A stretch of DNA of 64,000 nt from Octopus vulgaris (lineage: Eukaryota): the NCBI GenBank assembly GCA_951406725.2, contig OX597834.1, forward strand, positions 5,828,001-5,892,000. Direction: 5' to 3'. The translations under genes and the position numbers were made by a program. The notes beneath the pieces were generated by a model. It was not told the DNA's origin and searched no databases. It saw only the letters and a list, made by a program, of their open reading frames with translations. How positions within the stretch are numbered: position 1 is the first letter of the stretch; the number at the start of each line of letters is the position of its first letter. Positions 50,344-62,970 of the stretch are shown here, piece by piece.

Positions 50344-50729
50344 TAATGTCAAAGAAAGAAATAATCTTATAAGGAAAATTGTTATTATATTTACTGATAC
50401 GTGAGTAGAGGCATATCTGCACATTAGTATACATATAGGAATTCTAGTTGTTTTTTGATTAGGGTATACATAAAAGAAGGAACAGCGTACAAATGTATAT
50501 ATACTCATACCGGTGCAAGGAGAGAAAAGGCACAAACATATAGATATATAAATACATACATATATAAAAAATAGTAGTATATATGTGCGTGTGTATGCAA
50601 AACATATGTAATATATGCAGACACACATGTTCATATTAAAAATACATGTTAGTGGCACCACAGTAAATAGACACAAAATAAGAGATATGCACACACAGAT
50701 GATATATAAGATCCATAAGATCCTATCTA

Positions 50730-51126
50730 TAGGCGTAGGAGTGGCTGTGTGGTAAGTAGCTTGCTTACCAGCCACATGGTTCCAGGTTCAGTCCCACTGT
50801 GTGGTACTTTGGGCAAGTGTCTTCTGCTATAGCCTCGGGCCGACCAAAGCCTCATGAGTGGATTTGGTAGACGGAAACTGAAAGAAGCCTGTGGTATATA
50901 TATATATATATGTGTGTGTGTATGTTTGTGTGTCTGTGTTTGTCCCCCCAACATCGCTTGACAACCGATGCTGGTGTGTTTACGTCCTCAAAACTTAGCG
51001 GTTTGGCAAAAGAGACTGATAGAATAAAGTACTAGGCTTACAAAGAATAAGTCCTAGGGTCGATTTGCTCGACTAAAGGCGGTGCTCCAGCATGGCCATA
51101 GTCAAAATGACTGAAACAAGTAAAAA
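50730..51126 (+). mobile_element. SINE family A
   Basis: Full-length copy. Confidence 0.9.
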
Positions 51127-51365
51127 GGTGAGATATGCACACATGGTTGTAGGCATGTAGGGCACCAAGAAGTACTGTATATGTTTGCAGGTATCAACAG
51201 TTAAATATTTTTAATTATCAGGTAAAGTGACAAGTAACTTAAACCAGTAATAGTTAGAATGGGTATGTAGAGGGAGTGTAAATGGACACATTTTGCAAAT
51301 AAAATAAAATACAAAAATTGTAGGTATATTATTTACTAAGGAAGGATATAATATTTTTTAAAACA

Positions 51366-51528
51366 AGCAGGAGTGGCTGTGTGGTAAGTAGCTTGCTAAC
51401 CAACCACATGGTTCCGAATTCAGTCCCACTGAGTGGCATCTCGGGCAAGTGTCTTCTGCTATAGCCTCGGGCCGACCAAAGCCTTGTGAGTGGATTTTTG
51501 GTAGACGGAAACTGAAAGAAGCCTGTCG

Positions 51529-51575
<47 letters not shown>

Positions 51576-51795
51576 ATGTGTTTGTGTGTCTGTGTTTGTC
51601 CCCCTAGCATTGCTTGACAACCGATGCTGGTGTGTTTACGTCCCCGTCACTTAGCGGTTCGGCAAAAGAGACCGATAGAATAGGTACTGGGGTTACAAAA
51701 GAATAAGTCCCAGGGACAAGTTGCTCGACCAAAGGCGGTGCTCCAGCATGACCGCAGTCAAATGACTGAAACAAGTAAAAGAGTAAAAGAGTAAA
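51366..51795 (+). mobile_element. SINE family A
   Basis: Full-length copy. Confidence 0.9.
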
Positions 51796-52029
51796 CATAT
51801 TGAGAGAAAAGGAGGTGTAGGGAGAGGTTGATAAAGTGTTAGCCCAATATATTGTGGGTCATGCAATTATTAGAAGGAAATGATAAATAAAAAAATATAA
51901 AGATAGTGTAAGATATTGTGATGCAAAGTGCATGTGATGAGTAATTTGTATTCCATAGAAAAAGATAAAATATAGAAATATTTTTGAAAAAACACCAAAA
52001 ACTAATCTAAGTGAGTGGGGAGTGAAGAA

Positions 52030-52278
52030 TTATCTAAGAATGATAAATAGGAATTTAGTCATGTGTTTACATGAAATAGTATTAATCAGATTTCCATTCA
52101 TTCTCATTATGCTATAGCTTTCTTCCAAACAAAACCCACAATTTTTGTTATTATATCCGTAACAGGGGTCAGGAGATAGGATTTTCCAAGAAATTGAGAA
52201 ATCGATATTGTTTCTTTTGAGGTGTCGAATTTTTTAGATCGACCTGTGCTATTCTCTTTTCTAGGGTTCCTGAGAGAA
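52030..52278 (-). pseudogene. Penelope-like GIY-YIG C-terminal remnant
   Basis: IRHLKRNNIDFSISWKILS / KNCGFCLEESYSIM...NLINTISCKH (frameshifted) aligns to the end of the 39863-40633 ORF. Confidence 0.7.
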
Positions 52279-52279
52279 G

Positions 52280-52745
52280 ATCATCATCATCATTTAGCAT
52301 CTGCTTTCCATGCTAGCATAGGTTGGACGGTTCAACTGGGGTCTGGGAAGCCAGAAGGCTGCACCAGGCCCAGTCTGATCTGGCAGTGTTTCTACAGCTG
52401 GATGCCCTTCCTAACGCCTACCACTCTGTGAGTGTAGTAGGTGCTTTTTACGTGCTACCGGCACAGGTGCCAGACGAGACTTGCTAACGGCCATGGTTGG
52501 ATGGTGCTTTTTATGTGCCACCAGCACAGGGGTCAAGCGAGGCTGGCAACAGCCACGATTGGATGGTGCTTTTTACGTGCCACCGCCATGGAGGCCCGTC
52601 GGGGTGGCACTGGCAACGCCACGTTCGGATGGTTCACTTATGTACCACCGGCACTGGTATCACAGCTACAATTTCCATTGATGTTGATCGATTTCGATTT
52701 CGATTTTGATTCTGATTCTCACTTGCCTCAACAGGTCTTCACATG
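52280..52745 (-). mobile_element. Family D retroposon
   Basis: Conserved motif and several internal ~60-bp repeats. Confidence 0.85.
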
Positions 52746-53519
52746 TAGAGAAGATCTATGATTATAAATCTATGATTATAAGATTATGATTATAAATCTA
52801 TGATTATAAATGATTATAAATTCTCTTCCACAATATCCTTAAAGCCGGCAACTTTTCAGTGCCTCCTTGTGCATATATCTATATATGTATGCATATATGT
52901 ATGTATTGAATGTATCTAATAATTTGAATGTATATAATTATATATGATTATGCATGTATATGTGTGTGAGTGCATGTGTGTATGTGTATTTCTGTGTTTA
53001 TACTCACACAAATGCACATGCACAAAATCATGCACAAAAATGCACACACTTGCGTTCTACTTTTCTTGTTACAACTTCTCTTTTACTTTAACAAAAATGT
53101 CTGCCTTTGCACCATAGTTCCGTACTCTCTCACAGCATTTCTGATTAGCTCCACTCAGAATCTGCCTGTCCATCTCCCTGTCTGTCTTCCTGCCTGTATA
53201 CCTGTCTGTCTCTCCCTCTACACCTTTCTCTCTCTCTCTCTCTCCTTCTCTCCCCTCATTAACCGCTGTGCTGATACCAGTTTGTGAAATCACAAGAAGC
53301 GCTGTAGCATGCAACACCTTGCTTACCTGGCTGGAGATCATACGGAGTTCACTCTAATTCATGTCTACATTGTGTTCCGGGCTCATAAAACTGTCTAATT
53401 GGATGCTGATCTAATTAGAGATATGTACAACATATTAAAGTCAAATCAATGGCCAGTAATTGTCAGGAAGTTACTGTAAAGGAGGCTGGGGGTTTCTACA
53501 AGGGTTGACACAGTTGCTT

Positions 53520-53543
53520 TGTGTGTGTGCGTGTGCGTGTGCA

Positions 53544-53574
<31 letters not shown>

Positions 53575-53590
53575 TTGTGTGTGTGTGTGC

Positions 53591-53653
<63 letters not shown>

Positions 53654-53861
53654 CATGCATGTGTGTACTTGTGTGTGTGTGTGTGCGTGCGCGCGCGCGC
53701 GTGTGTGTGTGTGCGCGCGCGCGTGTGTGTGTGTGTGTCTGTGTGTTTGTGTGTGTGTGCGCGCACGCGTGTGTGTGTGTGTATGTGTGTGTGCATGTGT
53801 GTGTGTGTGCGTGCGTGTGTGTGTGTTTGTCTGTGTGTGTGTATGTGTGCGTGTGCGTGTG

Positions 53862-53893
<32 letters not shown>

Positions 53894-53906
53894 TGTGTGT
53901 GTGTGT
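53520..53906. repeat. (GT)n/(GC)n alternating purine-pyrimidine tract
   Basis: Direct reading. Confidence 0.95.
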
Positions 53907-54038
53907 AAGGTACTGTGATGATCACAGATTTTGTTCTGGTGGTGTATTTAGTGGTATTTCTGGTCTTGGCTGTGGTTGTAGTAGATATTGTTGCGTTGAT
54001 GATGTTCTTAATGAGGCTCTGGGGTATGTTTGTGACGC

Positions 54039-54070
<32 letters not shown>

Positions 54071-54286
54071 ATGATGGTGGTAATGGTCGATTAACTGTTA
54101 CGGTGATATTAATATGATGCTATGAGTTGTGTTAGTTATAGCAGTAGCCACAGTAGTATTTGCTAATATATAGGTAAAAATCATCATCAGCATCATCATC
54201 ATCATCAACAGTAGTAGAATTACCACCATCATCACCATCACCATCACTATCATCATCACCAACATCATTGTCATCATCACTATCTG

Positions 54287-54514
54287 TTTCTTTATTGCCC
54301 ACAAGGGGCTAAACACAGAGGGGACAAACAAGGACAGACAAACGGATTAAGTCGATTACATCAACCCCAGTGCGTAACTGGTACTTAATTTATTGACCCC
54401 GAAAGGATGAAAGGCAAAGTCGACTTTGGTGGAATTTGAACTCAGAACGTAACGGCAGATGAAATACAGCTACGCATTTCGCTCGGCGTGCTAACGGTTC
54501 TGCCAGCTCGCCAC
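54287..54514 (-). mobile_element. SINE family B within (CAT/CAC)n
   Basis: Full-length copy; TGTCATCATCACTATC duplicated on both flanks. Confidence 0.9.
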
Positions 54515-54748
54515 CTTGTCATCATCACTATCATCACCCTCATCACCACCACCATCACCACCATCATCATCAGCAGCAGTCTCATCATCACCACTACTAC
54601 CATCATCATCGTCACCATCACCATCATCGTCACCATCACCATCATCGTCACCATCATCATCATCATTAACATCATCATAATCATCGTCACCATCATCATC
54701 ATCATTACCATCATTGTCATCACCATCCTCATTCTCATTATTATTATT

Positions 54749-55028
54749 GCAGACGGCGTCCAGTATCCAAATTTGTGACATTGATGATACTATGCCTGCC
54801 AGGGGTTTCTACTCTCTGTCAAATGAGACCTCAAACAGACGCTACTTTATGCAGTTTGCAAACAGTTCTAAGAAAAGCTGGTTTTCGCCATACATCAAGA
54901 TTGCAGGGTATTTCTGAAAATGTCCAGACGTTACTTCAAGTCCGGTGGTACTGAATCCAATGCTCTGATGACGATGTTTGCGTCTGCCACACCTGGACAG
55001 TTCCAATTTTCAGATCTGCATTTCTGAG
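54749..55028 (-). pseudogene. R4/Dong-clade endonuclease C-terminus and 3' end
   Basis: ADLKI...IVIRALDSVPPDLK*RLD...IP..L...KPAFLRT..KLHKV (frameshifted), followed by an (AAT)n tail. Confidence 0.65.
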
Positions 55029-55029
55029 A

Positions 55030-55755
55030 TTATATACAAAACCCAATACACCCATCATGACTACCCATCTGATATGGTTACACTATGCACATTCATCACA
55101 AACATGCGTGCAACATGATGACCTTATATCAAAGTAAACAGTGCATGACCTTTCAGGTGGGGCCCAGTTAGAATTTTCTTCAGGTTGAGTAACCATCCCA
55201 CTCAAAAGGTCCCTGAATAAGGGTTGTTTAACCCTTTCGTTATAAACCTGGCTGAAACCAGCTCTGGCTCTGAGTACAAATGTCTTGTTTACAAAAGTTC
55301 TGAATTAAAATCTTCCACCAAACTTTAGTCACAATTTATGTTCCTAACACTAGCTGAATGATAACCAAGTTATTTTACTAAATTCTTTGTTATATTTAAA
55401 ATTGATTGAAAGAAACACAGAGCATCTCCAAATAAATATAGTAACGAAAGGGTTAAGGATGTTGAACCCATGTTTCCAGAAGTGGATTATTCAAATCCCC
55501 CAAAATTCCTCTTAACACATGGCCATTATGCACCCCAAATAATCCTGATCATGATCAGAGATGCACTTATTATCAATCATTAAGGGACACACTCAACTGG
55601 TTAAGGTCAAACAACTGACAAGCAAATCAGTGGTATTGAGCAGAGTACTTGCTGTAGCCCATCTTTTATACCAAGACAAAACAACGTACATGATAACACT
55701 TCCAATCAGTTAAGATCAGAAGATATGAGAGTCACTGCCTGGTACTTCATCAAGG
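55030..55755 (-). mobile_element. Family F repeat interrupted by MITE E
   Basis: Reverse homolog of 19592-20095. Confidence 0.75.
55232..55452 (-). mobile_element. piggyBac-type MITE family E
   Basis: TTAA duplicated at 55228 and 55453; the homologous empty site near 19901 has one TTAA. Confidence 0.92.
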
Positions 55756-55763
55756 TATTTATT

Positions 55764-55795
<32 letters not shown>

Positions 55796-55818
55796 GATCA
55801 TCATTATTATTATTATTA

Positions 55819-55869
<51 letters not shown>

Positions 55870-55870
<1 letters not shown>

Positions 55871-56185
55871 GGTGGTGAGCTGGCAGAATCATTCGCACGC
55901 CAGGTTAAATGCTTAGCAGTATTTTGTCTGTCTTAACATTCTGAGTTCAAATTCTGGCAAGGTCAACTTTGCCTTTCACCCTTTCAGGGTCGATAAATCA
56001 AGTACCATTTGCATACTGGAGGGCGGTCTAATCAACTGGCCCCTACCCTCAAAATTTTGGGCCTTGTGCCTAGGGTAGAAAAGATTATTATTATTATTAT
56101 TAGTCAAGACGAAGAGTGTGAGCTACGTCAATCCTTTTTTAAAATATTATTATTATCATTATTATTATTATTATTATTATCATCA

Positions 56186-56216
<31 letters not shown>

Positions 56217-56218
56217 CA

Positions 56219-56267
<49 letters not shown>

Positions 56268-56788
56268 CATTATTATTATTATTATTATTATTTTTATCAT
56301 CATCATTATTATTATTATTATTATTAAGGTGGTGAGCTGGTGGAATCATTTGTACGCCAGGCGAAATGTTTAGCAGTATTTCATCAATCTTCGTGTTCTG
56401 AGTTCAAATTCCACTGAGGTTGACTTTGCCTTTCATCCTTACAGGGTCGATAAAATTAGTACCAATTATGCACTGAGGCCATTGTAATCAACTCGCCTCC
56501 GCCTACTAGAATTTCAGACCTTGTGCTTATAGGAGAAAGGATTATTATTATTATCGTTGTTGTTGTTATTGTTATTAAGGTGGTAAGAAGGCAGACTCAC
56601 CAGCATGCCAAAGAATATGCTTAGCAGCATTTTGGTTGTCTTAAGTTCAAATTCTACCAAGACTTTGCTTTGAATCCTTTCAGGGCTGAGGAAATAAGTA
56701 TCTATTGAGCCCTAGGGGTCGATGTAATTGACTCACACCCTACCTATCAAAATTTCAGGGTGTGTGCCTATAGAGCAAAGACTTATTA
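55870..56788 (+). mobile_element. Three SINE B variants in (TTA)n
   Basis: Copies start at 55870, 56327, ~56579 after TTATTAAGG and end in ...GTGC(C/T)TA...AAA(A/G)GA(T/C)TATTA. Confidence 0.8.
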
Positions 56789-56831
56789 ATATGGCTGTTG
56801 GTGGTGCTGGTGCTGGGAGCAGCAGCATCAG

Positions 56832-57438
56832 TGGAGGTGCAATGGCCCAATGATTAGGGCAACGGACTCAAGGTCGGAGGATCACGGTTTCAATTCCCAG
56901 ACCAGGCCTTGTGTGTGTTTATTGAGCGAAAACACCTAAGGCTCCATGAGGCTCTGGCAGGGGATGGTGGCGACCCCTGCTGTACTCTTTCGCCCCAACT
57001 TTCTCTCACTCTTTCTTCCTGTTTCTTGTCCCCGACTTCCTATGCAACCGCTGAGCCTGGATGCGCATTCATCCATCCGTCGATGCTCTCGGTGTCGGAG
57101 GTTGACCTGCTTTCTCTTCTGCGGGTCTTACAAATAGCAAAGGACCACGATTTGGACTTCTCCCACTGCAAGCTCTGGGACAAAGACTGCTTTGCTCAAC
57201 AGCAACAGCAACAGAAGCAATAGCCATTCAAGAATTTGGACCTGGAGATCTCCATTTCGAGAGCCACCTCCCAGTGGTGTCGGGCGTCAACGAAGAGCCC
57301 TCGACTTCAAGACGACCAAAGTTTTTTTTCTTCCAAGATTTGGGGTCTCCCGCCCTTAAGCCCTAGACCATCACCTAATCACCCTTACCTGTCTTGTTGC
57401 TTAACAACAACAACAACAACAGCAGTAGCAGCAGCAGT
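56832..57438 (+). mobile_element. SINE family C, long variant
   Basis: tRNA head; homologous to 13222-13780; (AAC)n(AGC)n tail. Confidence 0.85.
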
Positions 57439-57479
57439 GAGGTGTTTGCAGGGATAGGGAGTATTGGTGGTGTTATGGA

Positions 57480-58446
57480 TGGTAGCTGGCAGAAACGTTA
57501 GCACGCCAGGCGAAATGCGTAGCCGTATTTCGTCTGTCGTTACGCTGTGAGTTCAAATTCCGCCGAGGTCGACTTTGCCTTTCGTCCTTTCGGGGGCGAT
57601 AAATTAAGTACCAGTTACGCACTGGGGTCGATGTAAATCCGTTTGTCTGTCCTTGTTTGTCCTCTCTATGTTTAGCCCCTTGTGGGTAATAAAGAAATAG
57701 GTATTTCGTCTGTCGTTACGTTCTGAGTTCAAATTCCGCCGAGGTCGACTTTGCCTTTCATCCTTTCGGAGTCGATAAATTAAGTACCAGTTGCACACTG
57801 GGGTCGATGTAATCGACTTAATACCTATGTCTGTCCTTGTTTGTCCCCCTCTATGTTTAGCCCCTCGTGGGCAGTAAAGAAATAGGTATTTTGTCTGTCG
57901 TTACGTTCTGAGCTCAAATTCCGCCGAGGTTGATTTTGCCTTTCATCCTTTCGGGGTCGATAAATTAAGTACCAGTTACGCACTGGGGTCGATGTAATCG
58001 ACTTAATACCTATGTCTGTCCTTGTTTGTCCCCCTCTATGTTTAGCCCCTTGTGGGCAGTAAAGAAATAGGTATTTCGTCTGTCATTACGTTGTGAGTTC
58101 AAATTCCGCCGAGGTCGACTTTGCCTTTCATCCTTTCGGGGTCGATAAATTAAGTACCAGTTACACACTGGGGTCGATGTAATCGACTTAATACCTATGT
58201 CTGTCCTTGTTTGTCCCCCTCTATGTTTAGCCCCTTGTGGGTAATAAAGAAATAGGTATTTCGTCTGTCGTTACGTTCTGAGCTCAAATTCTGCCGAGGT
58301 CGACTTTACCTTTCATCCTTTCGGGGTTCGATAAATTAAGTACCAGTTAAGCACTGGGGTCGATGTAATCGACTTAATACCTATGTCTGTCCTTGTTTGT
58401 CCCCCTCTATGTTTAGCCCCTTGTGGGTAATATAGAAATAGGTATT
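57480..58446 (+). mobile_element. SINE family B pentamer (one head, five bodies, ~185-bp period)
   Basis: GGTATT junctions at 57700, 57885, 58070, 58255, 58441. Confidence 0.92.
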
Positions 58447-58899
58447 GGCAATGACTTTGATGATTGTTGCTAAGCACTGGGGTATGTGATGGCTATTGTG
58501 CTGTCATTGTTCAACAAGTGAGTCTGATTCTGATGAAGGAAGAAAGAACAGCTGAGCCGAACCCACTCTGCTGATAATGATGACATAGATAACAATGGTG
58601 GTGGTGGTGGTTGGGGGTGGTTGGGGGTGGCTGGGGTAATGGTAGCTGAATGGGTTTTAGAAAGTAGTCATTAACTGTGGTGACAGAGGATGTCTTCAGG
58701 AAGAACAGATATACTGTCACTGCTAATGATGAAGATGGCACTAATGGTGGTGGGTGTGGATGGGAGGGGGTTGCGGTTGGGAGGGGGTTGCAGTGTAGGA
58801 GGGGGTTGCGGTGTGGGAGGGGGTTGGCGTTAGAGGTGGTGCAGGATGGTGGTTGTGGGAGGGGAGGGTGGTTGTTGCGTGTGGTGATGGTTAGTGTTG

Positions 58900-58960
58900 G
58901 TAGTGGAGGTGGTGTTAGTGGTGGTGGTGGTGGTGGTGGTGATGGTGCTGCTATTTATGG

Positions 58961-58991
<31 letters not shown>

Positions 58992-59077
58992 AAAGGAGGC
59001 AGGTGTAATAATATTGATTTGAGGACAACTTTGATGACAACGGAGACATGTGGTGATGATGATGGTGATGATGATGG

Positions 59078-59108
<31 letters not shown>

Positions 59109-59440
59109 GATGATGATGATGATGTGGAGGATGATGATGATGGTGATGATGATGGTGATGATGATGATGATGGTGATGATGATGGTGATGGTGATGATGA
59201 TGGTGATGATGACGGTGATGACGATGATGATGGTGATGATGGTGATGGTGATGATGATGGTGATGACGGTGATGACAGTGGTGACGGTGGTGACAATGGT
59301 GATGATGGTGACGATGGTGACGATGGTGATGGTGGTGACGATGATGGTGACGATGGTGACGATGATGGTGATGATGATGACAGTGATGATGGTAATGATG
59401 ATGGTGATGATGATGGTGATGGTGACAATAGGTATAACGA
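58900..59440. repeat. (GAT/GGT/GAC)n degenerate triplet tract
   Basis: Direct reading. Confidence 0.95.
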
Positions 59441-59782
59441 TGACACTGACAGTGATAGCTGTCACCGTAATCTCATATATAATGCAGCAAATAAGTCAAG
59501 TATTAATTCCGATGATAAGGACGGCCGTCATAGTGACGTCGGTAAGTCGTTACTATGATACACATCATAATGTTGTTATTATTATTGCTAACGATGTTCC
59601 TTGAAATGGTCGTGTGTCTTTATTGATTTCCTATTGATACTTTGACTATGACATCGCTACCAGTCGTAAAAATAATAATTTTAACAAATTGAAATTTAGT
59701 GACGATAGGAATTGACGATATCGATTTTATGTATAACACTTCATATATTTTACGTACTTTAATTATATTTCAAAAGTTAAAA

Positions 59783-59814
<32 letters not shown>

Positions 59815-60029
59815 CTTTTCTGTTTTTGATTTTTAAAGTTTTCCCTTTGAAGAAGGAGCTGGTTTCTAACAAAGCTCCATCTTTTTTAAATGAAGAAAAA
59901 GTAAAACAATGTCATGTTTTAAAATCTGGGAAAAGTCTCGCAGAGTTTTACTGTTCCACTTACAGATTGTATTTGTAATGTGTAAGTTAGTTGGTTGCCT
60001 TCTTTTTCTGAAAATCCAAGCTTATCCAA

Positions 60030-60166
60030 ACTGACTGACTGACTGACTGACAGGTAGGTAGGTAGATGAGTGGGTAGTTGGGTAGGTAGGTAGGTAGGTA
60101 GGTAGGTAGGTAGGTAGGTAGGTAGGTAGGTAGGTAGGTAAGTAGGTAGGTAGGTAGGTAGGTAGA
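60030..60166. repeat. (ACTG)n + (TAGG)n tetranucleotide repeats
   Basis: Direct reading. Confidence 0.95.
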
Positions 60167-60479
60167 TTTGTTTGTCATTGTTCAGTTTTATTTCAAGATT
60201 TCTTGTCAATAGAGAAAGAACCAGCTTCTAACTTTGATCCAAGGCTCCTTCATTGGAATTTCATAGAGTATACTGGGTATCTTTGATTTATTACCTGCAT
60301 GGGTTCCTTTAAGGTATCACTAGAACAGGTGCCTTTTACTTGTCTCCGGCACTGGCCATGACCACAGTTCCACTTAGCTCTTGGTTATTAGTAAAAAAAT
60401 CAAAGACATTATAATGAATTAAAATAGCATCCTGAAGTTGCTGTTTTCCAACTATTATCCATAGTCAGTTGTTGCAACT

Positions 60480-60810
60480 ATGACTTGGTAAGCTTGCTCC
60501 ATACTGGTCAGTTTTTTCACTTAGGTTTGCCATTTATTATGATTCCGATCAATCCTTTTCCTCTCCATGTTCCTTTTTGCAGTATTTTTGAATGTCTAGA
60601 TCATCTATGGTTTCTTTTCCCCTTGCATAGTTGCGAGTAAAGGATTTGTATGGGGAATCTGTTGTTGTCCATCATCTGTAACACATCCCAACCAACATAA
60701 ATTTCTATCAATGATTATTTCCATCATTGGAGGCAAACCAGCACACCATAGGATCTCTTCATTCTTGATCTTGTCAAAGAGAGCAATATTCATAATTTGT
60801 TGTGGCTGTA
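60480..60810 (-). pseudogene. RTE-clade LINE C-terminal remnant
   Basis: IMNI...DKIKNEEIL..AGLP.M..II..RNLCWLG.V...QILYSQL..GKR (frameshifted). Confidence 0.7.
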
Positions 60811-60885
60811 TTTTTTCAATTACCCCCCCCCCGAAAAAAAAAAGAGATCCTATGGTGTACTGGTTTTTTTCAACTACAACCCGAA

Positions 60886-61487
60886 CCAGCCGAACGTGGC
60901 CATAGCCAGCGCCGCATCGACTGGCCTCCGTGCCGGTGGTATGTAACAAACACCATCCGATCATGGCCATTGCCAGCCTCGCCTGGCCCCCGTGCCGGTG
61001 GCACGTAAAAAGCACCATCCGAGCGTAGCCGTTTGCCAGCCTCGTCTGGCACCTGTGTTGGTGGCACGTAAAAAGCACCCACCACACTCACGGAGTGGTT
61101 GGCGTTAGGAAGGGCATCCAGCCATAGAAACATTGCCAGATCAGACTGGAGCTTATCGACTGGCCTCCGTGCCGGTGGTACGTAACAAACACCATCCGAT
61201 CGTGGCCATTGCCAGCCACGCCTGGCCTCTGTGCCGGTGGCACGTAAAAACCACCATCCGAGCGTAGCCGTTTGCCAGCCTCGTCTGGCACCTGTGTTGG
61301 TGGCACGTAAAAAGCACCCACCACACTCACGGAGTGGTTGGCGTTAGGAAGGGCATCCAGCCGTAGAAACATTGCCAGATCAGACTGGAGCTTGGTGCAG
61401 CCTTCTGGCTTCCCAGACCCCAGTTGAACCGTCCAACCCATGCCAGCATGGAAAGCAGACGTTAAACAATGATGATGATGATGATGA
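60886..61487 (+). mobile_element. Family D retroposon with ~240-bp internal duplication
   Basis: 60916-61152 repeated at 61156-61392; GAT tail. Confidence 0.85.
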
Positions 61488-61904
61488 ACCTACTAAAAAT
61501 AATGTTATATACCATTTTTGTTTACACAAGGAAACAATACAAAGATTGCTTCACAGGTAAAGTCATGTGGTCTTCTAACCTAATCAAGTCAATAAACTTT
61601 TCTTTCTTATCTGTTTTAATTATAGCTTGTTTTAATTATTGTGTTTTATCACACATAATTTATTTCTGTGCAAATACTAATGCTTTTAAAAATCTTAATT
61701 TCGTCTGTATATGTTGTATAACGACTTTCACCCACTTCTCTCATCTTTGTCTAATTTGTCTGTCACACCCCCAAACTTTTTCTTTGTAAACATCCTAGCA
61801 AACTATTTTATATTTTGTTTTTTTGTTTATTTTTGTGTGTGTCTCTTTAAGCTCTACCAGCTAATAATGGAAAGATCATCGTCATTGTAGAGTTTGTCAT
61901 CCTT

Positions 61905-61938
61905 GCTGTCATTGTCATCGTTATCATTGTTCTAGTTG

Positions 61939-62001
<63 letters not shown>

Positions 62002-62087
62002 CCATTATCACCATCACCATCATCATCGTCATCATCATCATCATCACCATCATCATCACCATCGTCATCATCATCATCATCATCATC

Positions 62088-62160
<73 letters not shown>

Positions 62161-62215
62161 CCATCTTCATCATCCTCATCATCATCATCATCATCACCAT
62201 CATCCTCATCATCAC

Positions 62216-62269
<54 letters not shown>

Positions 62270-62318
62270 CACCATCATCATCACCACCACCACCACCACC
62301 ACCACCACCACCACCACC

Positions 62319-62351
<33 letters not shown>

Positions 62352-62393
62352 TTCATCATCATCATCTTCATCATCATCTTCATCATCATCATC

Positions 62394-62433
<40 letters not shown>
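61905..62433. repeat. (CAT/CAC)n microsatellite
   Basis: Direct reading. Confidence 0.97.
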
Positions 62434-62435
<2 letters not shown>

Positions 62436-62970
62436 TGTAGAAGCATCTTAAATCTAAACGCTGAATTCTCTGAATCCATTTATCTGTCTGTGTGTCCAAT
62501 TTATTTGTCTGAGTGTCTCAACTCATTTAAACAATCGGACACATATAATTAAAAGTTACAAATCAAGAAAACTGCAGATTTTTAGTAAAATATACACACA
62601 CCTTCATGTTTTGGATATTTCACTTCTCTATTTATTATTTTCTCTCTCTCTCTCTGTTTCACTCTGTCTCTTTATTCCTATTCACACACATATACACATA
62701 CATCGTCAACATCATCATCATCATCGTTAAAACATCCACTTTCCGATGCTTGAATGTGTCAGCTGGAATTTGTTGTGACAGATTTTTCTATGGCTGGATG
62801 CTCTTCCTGTTGTCAACCCTCACCTGCTTCTATGTGGGGTTATATTTCCCATGACAAATCATGGTTTCATAGAACATTGAAAACAGGCACACCTACGCAC
62901 AAACACACGATGAGCTTCTTTCAGTTTCCATCTACCAAATCCACTCACAAACCTTTCACCTAAATATATG

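Noticed and set aside
51165-51228. Minus-strand hammerhead-like remnant (also 18418-18465 plus)
   Set aside because: Core positions are altered or missing; possibly fossil but unsupported
54714-54917. Plus-strand ORF resembling a terminal exon
   Set aside because: Better explained as the antisense of a Dong endonuclease remnant
58677-59558. 293-aa Asp/Gly-rich ORF (acidic matrix-protein-like)
   Set aside because: Built from GAT/GGT triplet tracts open in several frames, like many other tracts here; no signal peptide or splice support
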